In this document: positions 1 to 13,790 of the stretch, piece by piece
Layout: each line of letters starts with the position of its first letter
How positions within the stretch are numbered: position 1 is the first letter of the stretch
NCBI GenBank assembly: GCA_965235115.1
Contig: OZ249436.1
Location: forward strand, 18,106,001 to 18,170,000
Reading direction: 5' to 3'
From: Laetmonice hystrix
Lineage: Eukaryota
DNA: 64,000 bases
Position numbers and translations under genes: made by a program
Notes under the pieces: generated by a model
Told to the model about the DNA's origin: nothing
Database searches by the model: none
What the model saw: only the letters and a program-made list of their open reading frames with translations

Positions 1-2577
1 GACCTTTGGTGGGGCTTTGAACACTCACATTTCCCTTTAATTTTATCTTCCGCCGATGTGTGACGATTTACAGTGTAGTCTATTGGGTTTTATTTTAGCT
101 ATTTTCTTTTAGAGGTGAGAGTCCTATGAAACGACCCCCCCCCCCCCCCCCAACGAAAAATGCTGGCTACGCGCCTGAATGTTGCATGATTAAAAAAAAT
201 TGAACATGTCATGTTCAAAAGTCTACGATACGAGAAGAAAATCAAGGATATCGTGACGTATCGTAGATAGTTGTACGATATTGCAGCAAAGTCGCCGTGT
301 GAGGCCGGCTTTACACCCTTCAATTCATCTCCCGCACTTTAACAACTTTCGTGTGTTAAACCGTATCAAATCAGCGTGCTACAAACTGTATTGTTTGGGA
401 GGGACACATTTTGTTTATCAGCGAACTGGGCAAGGCTATCAAGTATTTTTGCGAGAAGTAAGCCTACGGACCGTTTAGTGTTGGTGGTGAGTCTATGGCG
501 ACGATGCCAGGTATTCATAAAGCCGAGTTTCCATTAACGCGGCTGCGGTCCGGCTGCGGTCTGGCTGCGGTGCGGGCACGGGCACGGCTGATATGACACG
601 TCGTTGTTTCCCAGAGACATGGATTCTTTCTATCACTGATTGTGTCAGCTCCCTCGCGTAGACATCAAGACTGAGAAAGGAAGGATGCCTGCTCGTAGCA
701 ACAATCTGTCATAAACACTTGAATGGTTTCTCCTTGATTTCTCTCCAGTGTATTGTTACTTTTACCGACACGCTAGTTTTATTAGCATCACGTACCATCA
801 AATGTCGTCCATCACCTGCAAACTCCGCTCTAGGAGGAATAGCTCGATCGTGTGTGACATCACGTATCCCGGTCATTCCGGCAGTCCCTCTCTAGTCAAC
901 CTTGTTTGTCATAAAAAAAATATTGTCTTTGTGGTCAACATAAACCGCAGATTCAATTGGCAATTATCTGGCCTGCCGATAAGCCTGCGTAAAAACAAAT
1001 TAAACCACGTTTGTGCTATGGGTGGAGAGTGTTGACGTACTTGCCCGAGGCGGACTCCATGGCGCCAGACTCGACAGGCTCTAGATATGCCAGCAGATTC
1101 CGTTCAACGGGACGTTAATAGTAGGTCCATGCAGCCTGGTATCTATCATGAGTCAATCACTGCACGGTAGCCTATAGGTCAAAGCTCATTTCAGTGCCTC
1201 TTAGTCTTACATTATATTGACTTTCCATTAGAACTACACAATGTGAGAAATCATGACGACAGACGACCCGAGTTTAGTTATCCAAGACAGAGTTTCCTGG
1301 AAGGTCTCCTGTACTTTTTTATCTGTGCAACTAAATCGAGGTTTCTCTCCTGAGGCATTGGTTACGAGAATACCCAAGGTATGTACACCAAAGAATACAT
1401 ATTTCCTAGATTACATGCTACAAGTTAGGCGTAAAATGCGCTGCCAAGGTTTGGGAAGGGGACCTGAAGTTAATACATGTACCCATTTTCTCGCCATCTA
1501 GCGACGGAATCGGGAACAGGTCTCAAGCCGGTGTCACACGATATTCCTTCCGATCCTCGGAGCGTTCTCATCGATCGGTACTCTCGCGTGATCACACGAA
1601 TCGACCGCGTTATCAGACGAATCGACCGCGTGGTCAGACGACCGAAGAACTCACAGTACGGCATATTCGTTTTTATTTATAATACTTTATTATCTCAAAT
1701 TCCCAAAAGTAACCACCTACTACTCCGCTGGTCAGATTCCCAGCAAGACTACGAGTGCTGTTCTGCATCCCATTTATTACGACGATAGACAAGACGATAA
1801 ATAGATTATACATTTCGACACACTTAGGACTGAACCAAGAGAATATCGGTCACAGTCACCATTCCTCCACATCAAATTCGATCCCATGTTCTTCCCATTG
1901 TCACACTATCATACAATGTTTGATGTCTGATGATAAATGTCACTATTGTGTGGACTACACTTCACCATAGTACTGTCGAGTACAGCGGAGGGACACAGCC
2001 GCCCAGCTGTGCAGGTTCACACTCAGGTGTAGGAGGTGGCGTAAGTATGTCCCGATACAATGTGGTTTGGAGGTCAAAACGTTTGGGCTCTGTGGATTCA
2101 TTGAAAAACGTGCTGTCAACTTCAACCTGCGATTACCGGTATTTCCATAATTATGGTGGTGGAGGTCTAAATAAGAGGTCTTATCATTCCAGTTTACTAA
2201 GCATCAGGGTCAATATATCTTATGTTAGAAAAACAACCATTTGATTTCATACATAAGAAATTGTCAAAAAACTGGGAGAGACATACGTTCACCTGATGTT
2301 AAACCAAGTAAATTGTGACATAACAATGCTGCATGTCGCCAGCGATACTGTTTTGGCCTCATTAGAATAACATTAGCATAACTACTAGGTCACAAGACGC
2401 CCCCTATACACACATAATGATATTGAGCTGCACGGTTCTTACATACACGGTGATCCACACGCCTTTTAATCTTGACACTGGACAAACAGAGGGTGAAACT
2501 ACTTGATCACTTCATGAGATTGTTTTTGTCTTTATGATTGAAATGCCGCGATGTGAAGGATAATTATGTTGATGATG

Positions 2578-4213
2578 CCATATCAGTGCTACTGATGCTA
2601 ACAGTACAGTGATATGGATAATGTGACACCCCAGCATCCCGATGACCATATCAGTGCTACTGATGCTAACAGTACAGTGATATGGATAATGTGACACCCC
2701 AGCATCCCAATGACCATATCAGTGCTACTGATGCTAACAGTACAGTGATATGGATAATGTGACACCCCAGCATCCCGATGACCATATCAGTGCTACTGAT
2801 GCTAACAGTACAGTGATATGGATAATGTGACACCCCAGCATCCCGATGACCATATCAAGGCTACTGATGCTAACAGTACAGTGATATGGATAATGTGACA
2901 CCCCAGCATCCCGATGACCATATCAGTGCTACTGATGCTAACAGTACAGTGATATGGATAATGTGACACCCCAGCATCCTGATGACCATATCAGTGCTAC
3001 TGATGCTAACAGTACAGTGATATGGATAATGTGGCACCCCAGCATCCCAATGACCATATCAGTGCTACTGATGCTAACAGTACAGTGATATGGATAATGT
3101 GACACCCCAGCATCCCGATGACCATATCAGTGCTACTGATGCTAACAGTACAGTGATATGGATAATGTGACACCCCAGCATCCCGATGACCATATCAGTG
3201 CTACTGATGCTAACAGTACAGTGATATGGATAATGTGACACCCCAGCATCCCGATGACCATATCAGTGCTACTGATGCTAACAGTACAGTGATATGGATA
3301 ATGTGACACCCCAGCATCCCGATGACCATATCAGTGCTACTGATGCTAACAGTACAGTGATATGGATAATGTGACACCCCAGCATCCCGATGACCATATC
3401 AGTGCTACTGATGCTAACAGTACAGTGATATGGATAATGTGACACCCCAGCATCCCGATGACCATATCAGTGCTACTGATGCTAACAGTACAGTGATATT
3501 GATAATGTGACACCCCAGCATCCCAATGACCATATCAGTGCTACTGATGCTAACAGTACAGTGATATGGATAATGTGACACCACAGCATCCCGATGACCA
3601 TATCAGTGCTACTGATGCTAACAGTACAGTGATATGGATAATGTGACACCCCAGCATCCCGATGACCATATCAGTGCTACTGATGCTAACAGTACAGTGA
3701 TATGGATAATGTGACACCCCAGCATCCCGATGACCATATCAGTGCTACTGATGCTAACAGTACAGTGATATGGATAATGTGACACCCCAGCATCCCGATG
3801 ACCATATCAGTGCTACTGATGCTAACAGTACAGTGATATGGATAATGTGGCACCCCAGCATCCCGATGACCATATCAGTGCTACTGATGCTAACAGTACA
3901 GTGATATGGATAATGTGACACCCCAGCATCCCGATGACCATATCAGTGCTACTGATGCTAACAGTATGTACAGTGATATGGATAATGTGACACCCAATCA
4001 TCCCGATGACCATATCAGTGCTACTGATGCTAACAGTACAGTGATATGGATAATGTGACACCCCAGCATCCCGATGACCATATCAGTGCTACTGATGCTA
4101 ACAGTACAGTGATATGGATAATGTGACACCCAATCATCCCGATGACCATATCAGTGCTACTGATGCTAACAGTACAATGATATGGATAATGCGACACCCA
4201 ATCATCCTGATGA
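2578..4213. repeat. 68-bp minisatellite, ~24 near-identical copies
   Basis: Unit CCATATCAGTGCTACTGATGCTAACAGTACAGTGATATGGATAATGTGACACCCCAGCATCCCGATGA; same phase recurs at 2641 and 3661 (15 x 68). Confidence 0.97.
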
Positions 4214-4503
4214 TCTTCTCATGACCTTAATTCAAAGCATCTGGAAGAGAAATATAGACAGATCAGCACATCACTTGTATAGGTATATAGCAACATACAC
4301 TTATCTTAAGAATAATAGTAAAGATCTCTTTACACAGAGGATCATTAAAGATTTTTTAAACAAAAGTGACAATTATTAATATTAACCTTGGCCAGAGACA
4401 CTGCCTGAAACTTTGCCTGTAGTTTAGAACTCTGATATCAGCCTTGTCAACCTTGGCCAGCTGTTGTACATCATGTGACATACCTGATTATGGCAAGAGG
4501 TGT

Positions 4504-7500
4504 TCAGCGGTCCATGGCCAGTTCCAGCTGACGTCGTGCATCATGAACACGAGATTCTTGTCGTTTAATATCCTCCTCTGTAATGATCAACGTCTGTACC
4601 AGAGGCTGGTCCGTGTTGATACTGATGCCTGGGTTCTTGTGAAGTGAGGACTTGGAGGAGTTCTGACCCGTCAGTGGCTGCGTGTTGAGATGGAGAGCAG
4701 CAGCAATACTCTGTAGTAGGTTCTCCGTGCTCAACTCGGGGCCTGCCGCTAAACAATGATGTCGGACGTTAAACTAGATCTAAACTTAGACTGAAACTTA
4801 AAAACTGTATCATCAGCTCATGTATGCTGAAACTGGGTTCGTTACACTTTAGAGATAAACTTTGTTTCAAACTGGGATTGTTGGACTTAAAAAGTCTTTA
4901 TAAACCAGGAACTGCATGTCTACATGTCTAGATAGTATAAACCAGGTACTGCCAACACCCTACTCACATGTTATATTCTTTGGAAGTTCCAGAGTCTTGA
5001 ACGTCTGTTCTGTGATATCACAGGCATTCAGTCCCTGAAGTCGCTTCTCCCAGAAAAGCTGAAGATTTTCAAGGAACCACATAAAAAGAAATCAAGGGAC
5101 TACCTCAAACAACAGATTAAAAAGTCCTGAAATCACAACACTCAGTTATAAAGTGCTTCTGAATCAAAGCACTGTCGAGGCAGTTTGGAGAACACGTTTT
5201 TTCTCTGGGGCAATAAAGGAAGATGTAATATCAGACTCGATTTACTTCAGCATTGTCCCTCCCACAATTTTGTTACCTGTCTTGGTTGCTCCTGCGGGCC
5301 ATGCTTAAGGTCAGTGCGTGTCTTGCTCTCTGGTCTTGTCCTAACTACTGTTACTGGCTGCTTAAAGATTGATGCAGTTTGACGAATGGGCAGAACCAAT
5401 GCTGCATCATGTCGGATCCCTGTTAATTCAAAGATTGAGGCCACAGGCTCAGTGCCAACACCAAGATTTTCATCCTATCTCTTCCTGCAGACTTACAAGT
5501 AGACCCTTGAAGAACTGTTTCCAGATTTCACTTTTCACATTCTAACATGTCTCCAGGCTATGCACTGATTCATACAAGGCTTTTGATATGGCCTGGCTAC
5601 ATCCATGATAACATTACTCATGGGGGATGATATCTATTTGCACTGTAAAAAAATAAAAACACATCTATATGGTGAATTAAGTCAAATAATCAATTACCAT
5701 AAGGAAGACAACAAACAGAGAAAGTGTACACACCTCTGGCATAGTCATATGTTGTTCCTTTCAGTCGCTTACTCTTACGAATAGAGCTCTGAAGAATCTT
5801 GCCCGTCCGAAAATCAAAGGAGCTCAGGTCATACTCGGAGCCGATGGCACGGACCAGCTCAGGCTTGCTGCGGATCTTTTTACATTCAGCGCTAGAATCA
5901 GAAGTTATTCTGTTCATCCACATGGGTGGTTCACAGAATAAAGGGACCTGTATTAATAACACATCACCCCAGGTACAATGTCATCAGAACAAGTTTGAGA
6001 TATACTGCAATGTCCATGTAAACCATCACCAATGTAATCAATCTTCAATACTCAGGGAGGGACTATCCCTTTTTCACAGCACTCAAAAAAAGGTGCACTT
6101 TAAAATTGTAAACTTTCATCCTATGGAGGTTTTTGTGTGACACTCTGAATTCAAGATTAAAAGTAACACTGCAATACTAAAACCTTTCTGATGTTCACCA
6201 AACTTCTTATGTTAGGCTTCAAACAGAACTTTTGGTCGGCCAAATTCATGCCAAAATATGCTACATATGCTATAACCTTAATATTACACAACCAGAAGCT
6301 AACCCAAAGTTGGCAGAAATGAACGTGTTAGTTTCACCAAGAAGTGCACCACAACCTCAGTGCCGATCAAACTTAAGATTGTGCAGCTATCCTGTACGCG
6401 TTGCAGCCATCCTGTATGCATTGCTTATCCAGGACGGCCATTTTAGTGAACAAGCATTGGCAGTTTTCAAAACTCGATTCTTGAAACATCCTCTTAACTT
6501 TCTAATTCTGACCACCACAAATAAGTCCACCATTATGTAACCTTCCAATCACTTATAAAATAACTATTTGCTGTGTACAAATTTCAAATCCTCTCTAGGT
6601 GATAACAAGCAAACTGCCCACCATGTTGGTTCCCATTCACCGGAAGCCCTAGGCAGGGTGCCTAGGAGCATGATTTGTGGAATAAGCACATGGGCATACA
6701 AATAAGAGTTCACATTACAACCAAAATATCATCATTAAACTTTCCGCAATTTGGGATATTACTTAATGAGCGACATTAACATTATGTTGACCATGACGAT
6801 TTCTGCTGTTTGAGCATATATATGGCAATAGGAGGTCAGCACTGGTGTCGCGTCCAATACTGCGTTTGGTAACAAGCTCATAAGTAGTATACATATATAT
6901 ACAAGTTCCGACTGGTAAATTTCTATCGAACAGTGTTATGACTCGCGACTAGGAGGTTGTCTTAAGGAATGACTTTGTGACCTTCACCATGACTGTCCGA
7001 AAACATACAAGTTTAGATTGGTGGTGACAATGACTCGAACACTCCCGCTTCTCACGAGTTGTATTCACGACCAGTCGACCACTTCTCACATCATGAGTCG
7101 AAGTATAGTCAATGCGTCCGATCGCCAAAGTGTCCGACGAGTCAATGCGTCTGGGGGCTAGTCAAAGTGCCCAAAGTGTGAAAAGTCAAAGTGTCCGCAG
7201 TCTTATAAAACTCAAAGTGTCCGACTCCGAGGTCGTTGGTCAATGTGTCCGAGCAGATTACCATACATAGAATCTAAATGAATAAAATCCGACAGAAAAT
7301 GGTGGATCTTAAATCGGCTGCGCGTTTTGCTTTGCAAATAAAGTGACATCTGGCTAGGCATACGCCGAAACCCCTACGCCTGGCTTACGTCCGACAGGTG
7401 AGCCAGTGTTCGTGCTGCCCGCCTGGGCCTGACAGGGCCTGAACCCCGGGCCCGCGGCCTTTGGACCGGCGGACGCTCTGACTCCTATCGGCGGACACTT

Positions 7501-8363
7501 TGACTCAAACGGCGGACACATTGACTCAAGCGGCGGACACATTGACTCGGACGCTTTTCCCATCGGACGCTTTGACCAACCCCCATGAGTCGTATTCACG
7601 AGCACTACCAAACATAGCATGATTAGGTCTCCACTAAAGTTGCATCCCCAATCTCTCTTATTTTGCATGATTTTTACATCACTTATATGTATCTATACTA
7701 ATCTAACACTGTCAATATATTCAGTCACTATCTTTTAAGGTGCGTTGTGTAGGAAAATGTAGTCCACGGCACAGGCTGCACCATGGCCTGGGCATGGCAC
7801 AGGCACAGTCAGTGTTTATGAATACAGACTACCCTTCTGACTTTCTCATGGCAACAATGAGTCGAAAAGCGATCGGTTGCGCAGCTCAGAGGCCGAGCTA
7901 AACAAAATTACTAGGCCTATGTAAGTCACGTAGTGGCTAGTAGATCCATGAACTGGAAGGCTAGACAATCTGTCCAGCTACTACCGGTTCCCCTATTATC
8001 GCCCACGAGTGCTTTGTTTCCGGAGCGACTAGACTCTATTCTATTGTAATTCATATTTTGCCGCTCCTAAATTTGGTCGAATCGGAGAAACACTGATCAG
8101 TTCAAAAAACATATTTAACCACATGGTTTAACACATAGCTGGATAACAACAAGAAATTCAACTTGTGCCACACAACTCTACACGAGTCTAAAATCAAGAC
8201 GAACCGACCAGCGACAAGGCGAACCCGCAAAGTCAAAGCCAACTCACTTGTAATAATACACATCGGTTTTCCCTGCACTGAGTCCCGATTTTCTTACAAT
8301 CTCCTCTCTTTTCCAACCAGGGGGAAGTCCTGGGCAATCCATTCTCCTTCTTTCTACGCTCAT
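4504..8363 (-). CDS. MBD2: Methyl-CpG-binding domain protein 2/3 (invertebrate MBD2/3), 5 coding exons, ~250 aa
   Basis: Exons 8363-8248, 5891-5734, 5419-5277, 5058-4968, 4748-4504; all introns GT-AG, phases join (753 nt). MBD domain MDCPGLPPGWKREEIVRKSGLSAGKTDVYYY..KKIRSKPEL..FDFRTGK; central LPIRQTASIFKQPVT and QPRQLFWEKRLQGL; C-terminal coiled coil ITEEDIKRQESRVHDARRQLELAM. Confidence 0.95.
7100..7585. mobile_element. Non-autonomous element with inverted subterminal repeat arrays in MBD2/3 intron 1
   Basis: Repeated (G)TCAAAGTGTCCG at 7108-7250 versus inverted CGGACAC(T/A)TTGAC at 7490-7577; flanked by the direct repeat CATGAGTCG (7092 and 7584). Confidence 0.5.
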
Positions 8364-8640
8364 TTCGTTAAAAACGCCCTAATTTATCGCGAAACCTACT
8401 TCTAGAACGCAACTCAAACCAACTTTTCGAGAATCGAGAGCGCCACCTATCGACAAGCCAACAAATCTTTGGTTTGCGCGCACTCTGGCGCCAAACTCAG
8501 AACCAACATCCAACGCCTACCCGCTAGGTGTCGCCACCAATCTTGTCGCTACCTCGGCTTCACTCGGGTCACTTGATCGCCAATCGGGATTCCAGTACAA
8601 TCTTTGTTCCAAAGCCGAACTAGCCTCGATCCCATGACCC

Positions 8641-9760
8641 TAAAGCCCGCCGTACACTGTCACGACTTTGCCCAACTCCCGACTCCCGACTCCCGACTGA
8701 CCACCGTACACTCTCCCGATTATTTGCTCCCGACCCATGCAGTGTGGTGGCCATAGATCGGCACCGTAGTTGAGAGGTCATCCAGTTCAACCCCCACTTG
8801 AACCCCCAGAAAGTGTTATTATAATCTTTCTAGCCTAGGTGATAATAGTGTGAAGACTAACTGATCGACCTGTTTAGCTTTCATTGTCACTTGTGACATC
8901 ATAATTAGTTAACTACGTATTTTGATACATAATATTACAATATTTCACTGACAAAAAGCTGTGGCGTCATAAAGAGGACGTGCGGCAGAGCCGTGAAGAG
9001 AAGGCTTAGATCTAACGTAGACTGCACTATTTTGCTGTCTAGCTCTCGTTTTATCAACAGATGCATTAAAATACTACAGACACAGAAACTTCAAAGGTCA
9101 GTAGATATTCTCTGAAAATTATAGCATTATAATATCTGTGTAAACATCATTATAGGCCCCTGATCCTACACAGCTTCGATTGGCGCCTGGCTGTCTATTG
9201 TGATATTTAACGTCATTATCAAAGTTTTGGGAACTTTTAAATTTCCAAACAAAGCTCGCTGTATTCATAACTAAAAGGAGTCTCGCTAAAAGAAAGACAT
9301 CTATGGAAACCTTACGATGTGGGGAAAAATTCTGGTTACTTTTTTGTATAGGTCGTCGCGACAGATTTTGCATGGCAAGACCTAGAAGGTAGAGAAGTCA
9401 CGCGTTTTCAGGTTTTTTATACGTTTTTGATGATTTTCGAATGGCCGTATGAAAAAGAATCCTTAAATCTATTTATTAAATTTTATACTGGACAAAAGCC
9501 ACATATCTCTAGTTTCCTTTGCAATAATTTCCATCTGAATTGATTCATTGTTATTACCACCGCGAGCGTGTTTTGAAGAACCCAAGGTTGGAAAAGCTAA
9601 GCTTAGTCGGCCGTAATCGGGAACCACGCTCGGCTCCCGATTCGTTTTTCGAATCGGCTACGATTTGCTCCAACTGCAGTCGGGAGCTGTCGGGAGCAGT
9701 CGGGAACCATGGTTACCGACTCGAGTTGGGCAAAATCGGGAAAGTGTACGGCGGGCTTTA
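8641..9760. mobile_element. PIF/Harbinger-like MITE upstream of MBD2/3
   Basis: ~38-bp imperfect TIRs TAAAGCCCGCCGTACACT...AGTGTACGGCGGGCTTTA with TAA/TTA ends and internal TCCCGAC/GTCGGGA repeats. Confidence 0.75.
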
Positions 9761-10689
9761 AGCCGAAGGGTGGTAATGGTTATCAGCTACTGCCCACTGC
9801 CACTGGACCCCTACTCCAACATGTCCATACGGACTCTGACCGTCGAGTACAAATACACCAGCGACTGCTGTCCTGCCGGGGTTCTATCTCGGTCCTATCC
9901 CGCATCATCGCCTCAAAGTCATGTTTCAGAGCACTTTTGGCGCTAAAACTTGCTGAGAGTACACAAAAGAGGTTACTTCAACTGATACGTAAATGTATTT
10001 TGTTGGATGTTACCTCAGTAGGTAAAATTCTCAGTTTGTTTGGTCAAATTCAGCGCAGCGCAGGCGACGAGCGGTGACCCAGTTTATCGGGTGTGCATAT
10101 GTCCGACCTCTATAGTGGATCCGGAACGGACCGCATAAGTAGGTCGCGCTACCTGACGCTGACGTCACAGAGTGAAGCAACCCGTTTCAGGTATCATGAG
10201 CGATCTAACTTTTATCAGTTCCCGGTCACTCGGTGCACCGCAGATGGCTTACGGAGCCTACTAACGGACCCGACTTGCTCGTAATCAACCGGACCGTGTG
10301 GACGTTATATTTGTCCAATAATAATAATCAAGGTCAGAATAGACATTCTATCACCTCTGCTCTCTGAAAATATCGATGTCATGTTCCGTGGAAAAAGTTT
10401 AGTACCAAAACGAAGGCCGCAAAGTTGCGATAACGGACCTCTTCGCAAGAATCGCTGGGCAAACGTCACTCTGGAAGACACCGTTTAGAAACTGAACCAC
10501 AGATCTGTGAGTGACTGAACTACTGCACTGGACCCCGGCCCATGCCTTGTGAATGCGACTGTTATGTTACTCTCAATGTCAAGCGGCTTGACATCAAGAT
10601 ACTGACGGTTCTATCTGTTTCAGCAATCACTGCAGTCCTCGTCTCGGAACGAATGTCAGCCGCTTGATGTTAAAAAAAAAAAAAACTTC

Positions 10690-10762
10690 CGCCCGATGAG
10701 GGACTCGAACCCGCGACCCTCAGATTAAAAGTCTGATGCTCTACCGACTGAGCTAACCGGGC
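10690..10762 (-). tRNA. tRNA-Lys (anticodon TTT)
   Basis: Reverse complement GCCCGGTTAGCTCAGTCGGTAGAGCATCAGACTTTTAATCTGAGGGTCGCGGGTTCGAGTCCCTCATCGGGCG: 73-nt cloverleaf with A and B boxes, followed by a poly-T Pol III terminator (A-run 10672-10685 on +). Confidence 0.96.
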
Positions 10763-10857
10763 TCAACGTATCAACTAGCATGAAGATAATTAATAAAGTA
10801 TGCGTAAGGGGCGGACCATTCGATACGGCAGGGGTTCTCTGAGCTACCTTTTTTTTA

Positions 10858-12397
10858 AGCTGGTTCTCGGCTCACTCGCTAGGGGGCTCTGGGGTCGACG
10901 CGAGTAGGAGCCGGTAACGCCTGCCATCTTTGTACGCTCTGGCCGTACATCGTTGGGGGTCTGAGATTGGTAATGACGTATTTCCGGAGTTCCCATAGCC
11001 TGGTCCTCTGCCAATACAGACGCATCCACGTAGTCAATATAGACATGGGGACCAGGCTAGGATTCCCAACGCTCCCGTGAGACCGCGAGCACTGCATAGC
11101 GTGGGAGGAGTGAAGATCTCATGGCCAGCGGCAGCACAGCACCTGAGTCCTGACACTGGCAGGCATGGGTCGCTGTCACTCAGGCAGCTGCACAATTTCA
11201 ACTAATTTTTCATACACATAAACATGTGCTACGGATAGATACGTTACCAAACTTGCCACAGACAAAGGTTCTTATCATAGGTATTTTCTAAAACTAGGAA
11301 CATGGTTTTTAATCTCTGGTACAATTTTAACACGTGTGTTCACGGGCGAAGGACCCGGGAGACCCCACTGAGTCTGAGCACGCCGGCCGAGTCCATGGCA
11401 TGGAGCGCTACCGACGCTCACTGGCGAACACAACATCAGTTTGCTTTTGCCTCAAGACAGTCAAGTAATTTATCACGCAGTTGAAATCTTTACAATAGCT
11501 ACTTACGGCGAATCTCAAAGTTAACAGTCGATTTACTTTTTCACCAAATGTCACTGTCCAGTGACAATGATAGAAGTTCTAAATTTGGTAGAAGAAATCA
11601 TGTGAGCGGGTAGCCTACGTAGTAAGCCTTGTGCCGAGCCAACAAGGCTTACAGGCAGTGGCTTAAATTCCTGGCGGGCCAGACCACACCCAGGCCAGAC
11701 CACCACCGCTTGCACTGATCAACTCACCGGCATCCATTTATCTCGACAGTAAGTGTGTGGGGTCATGAAGCAGTGTTTTTAATAGTACAACGTCAAATTC
11801 ATGTCTAGATCACCCGTTTAACGGCGTTTTACCGGCCGCCATGTTGGCTTTGATCCCAGCATGCATCTCTCCGACGCACACTCCTACGCAGAGACTCGCT
11901 TACTACTGTGTGAAGCGAAAGCGAAGCGGAAGTAGCTCTGCGTTGGAGGGTGTCTCCGACGGTAATGGCGGCACTCAACGAGCATTGAAATTTCTCGGTT
12001 CAAGAGATGTGACTGTCTTTATTTTGTCGCATCGTGCTTTTCCAGCTTGCAGATATGAGAGATAAGTTATTTTGAGTTTATTCATCACTTTTTCATCAAC
12101 ATATAGAGACAAGGGAGGGCTTTTCATGGCAGACAGAAGATTTGTCCGGGTACGCTCGGAAATTCTGAACAGCGATCTTCGGCTCTGTACAGAGCACAGA
12201 GCCGAATTCTTTGGCTAGTGAGCGGGCAGCGCGGCCATCACAGAGGCACATCCTCAATGTATTTTTAGATAAGCCAATAATAAGTGAGCTATCAAAGACG
12301 GGAGTGTGACCAATGACAGCCAAGCTCTCAGTAGGCGTTACCGGCTCCTACTCGCGTCGACCCCAGAGCCATCTAGCGAGGGAGTCGGGTACCAGCT
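10858..12397. mobile_element. Non-autonomous element bounded by ~65-bp inverted repeats
   Basis: GGCTCTGGGGTCGACGCGAGTAGGAGCCGGTAACGCCT (to 10922) is inverted at 12333 onward (AGGCGTTACCGGCTCCTACTCGCGTCGACCCCAGAGCC). Confidence 0.6.
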
Positions 12398-12454
12398 CAC
12401 CTTTTTTTTTGCTCTCAGGCCGAAGCTACCTTTTTTTTTTCGCTATGACCATTA

Positions 12455-13790
12455 ATCAAACTATACAAACAAGTATTCTCTGTGTTACCGAAGCTTGGTT
12501 TAAGCCTGAATTAATGTTAGAACTTAAAGGATCTACCCAAATACCAAATTGTAACCTGATTAGAAATGACCGTAAATACATGTATCTTCTTAAGGGAAGA
12601 AATCAAATATGAATTAGTTACATAAGTGTCTGACAGGGACATTGAAATGCAGGCTATGATTATTGCTGGTCAAAACACAAAGAATATTGTATTACTAATT
12701 TGTTACAGACCACCCAGCGGCAACCCTTAAAATGCAGTAAATACTACTAAAAGCTGTCTTTATCAAATAACAAAATTGGATAGGTGTGAAATTGTGATTT
12801 TAGGGGACCTGAATATGGACTACCAGGATGTTCACTCTGATTCATATAAACTACTGACATCAATATCAAAGACGAGTTTAATGTAAAAGAAATAATTCAT
12901 AACATTACAAGAATAAATAAATCGAAATGGCAGCTCCTTAATCTATGTCATTTTCACAAACATCAAAAACATTTATGCATCAGGCTGCATGGAATACAAC
13001 ATAAATGACCATCTGCCCATTTATATCATTAAGAAAAGGAACCGCACAGTCAGAGAGAAAACATACATCCACAGTTGGAGTTTTAAAAACTATGATAAAA
13101 AGAAGCTTCAAGAGAATTTAAAGAACCCAGACTGGTCAATATTTGACCTTCTTAACAATGTTGATGACATGTGGTACATGATCTACAAGGCCATAACTCA
13201 ACTGCATATGCCCATATAAAAAGTTTAAAATAACTACGAATACCGGTAGGCCTGATTGGATGACAAAAGAATTACAGGAATTTGAAATGCACAGATATGC
13301 TCTATTTAAGATTCACAACAGCAATAAGTCGCAAAGTAACTACCATAAGGCCTTGGTGAATGAGGTAAATGAGGCCAAACAAAATTATACATTATCAAAA
13401 TTAAAGGAACACGAAAAGATCAAAAGCAAATTCTGGAAGGACATAAAATCATTAATACCTGATCTGAAAATGTTAAATGTTGATGCTATAACCCAGATAC
13501 TGAAAGATTGTGCACAGGCAAAGAGGCGAATGATCTTATGAATGATTACTTTATAAATACAACATGTATAGGTAAAGATCTAGCGGACAAATTGCCAACG
13601 TGCAACACTAATTATAACCATGATGATACATGCAGCACAAACCACTCCATATTTGAGGAATTAACAAAAGACCATCCGTTCAAAATTCTAAAAAAAATTC
13701 CATTAACAAACTTGAAATCATCAGGTCTAAAAGAAACCAGCTAGCACAAGATTATTTGTGGACTCATTTACCAGTACACATGTATTCCTT
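12455..13790 (+). mobile_element. Decayed LINE ORF2 fragment (APE endonuclease and linker; CR1/L2-group-like)
   Basis: Frameshifted/stopped motifs ILCVTEAW, NLIRNDR, CYRPPSG, ILGDLNMD, INDHLPIY, SFKNYDKK..DWS, WMTKEL, KFWKDIK, NDYF..IGKDLA; truncated before the RT core. Confidence 0.85.

Noticed and set aside
2578..4213. CRISPR-like array (palindromic repeats at regular spacing)
   Set aside because: The linkers are identical rather than unique spacers, there are no cas genes, and the context is eukaryotic. It is a minisatellite.
12455..13790. Intact or domesticated endonuclease gene
   Set aside because: Multiple stops and frameshifts, and no RT domain. It is a dead LINE fragment.
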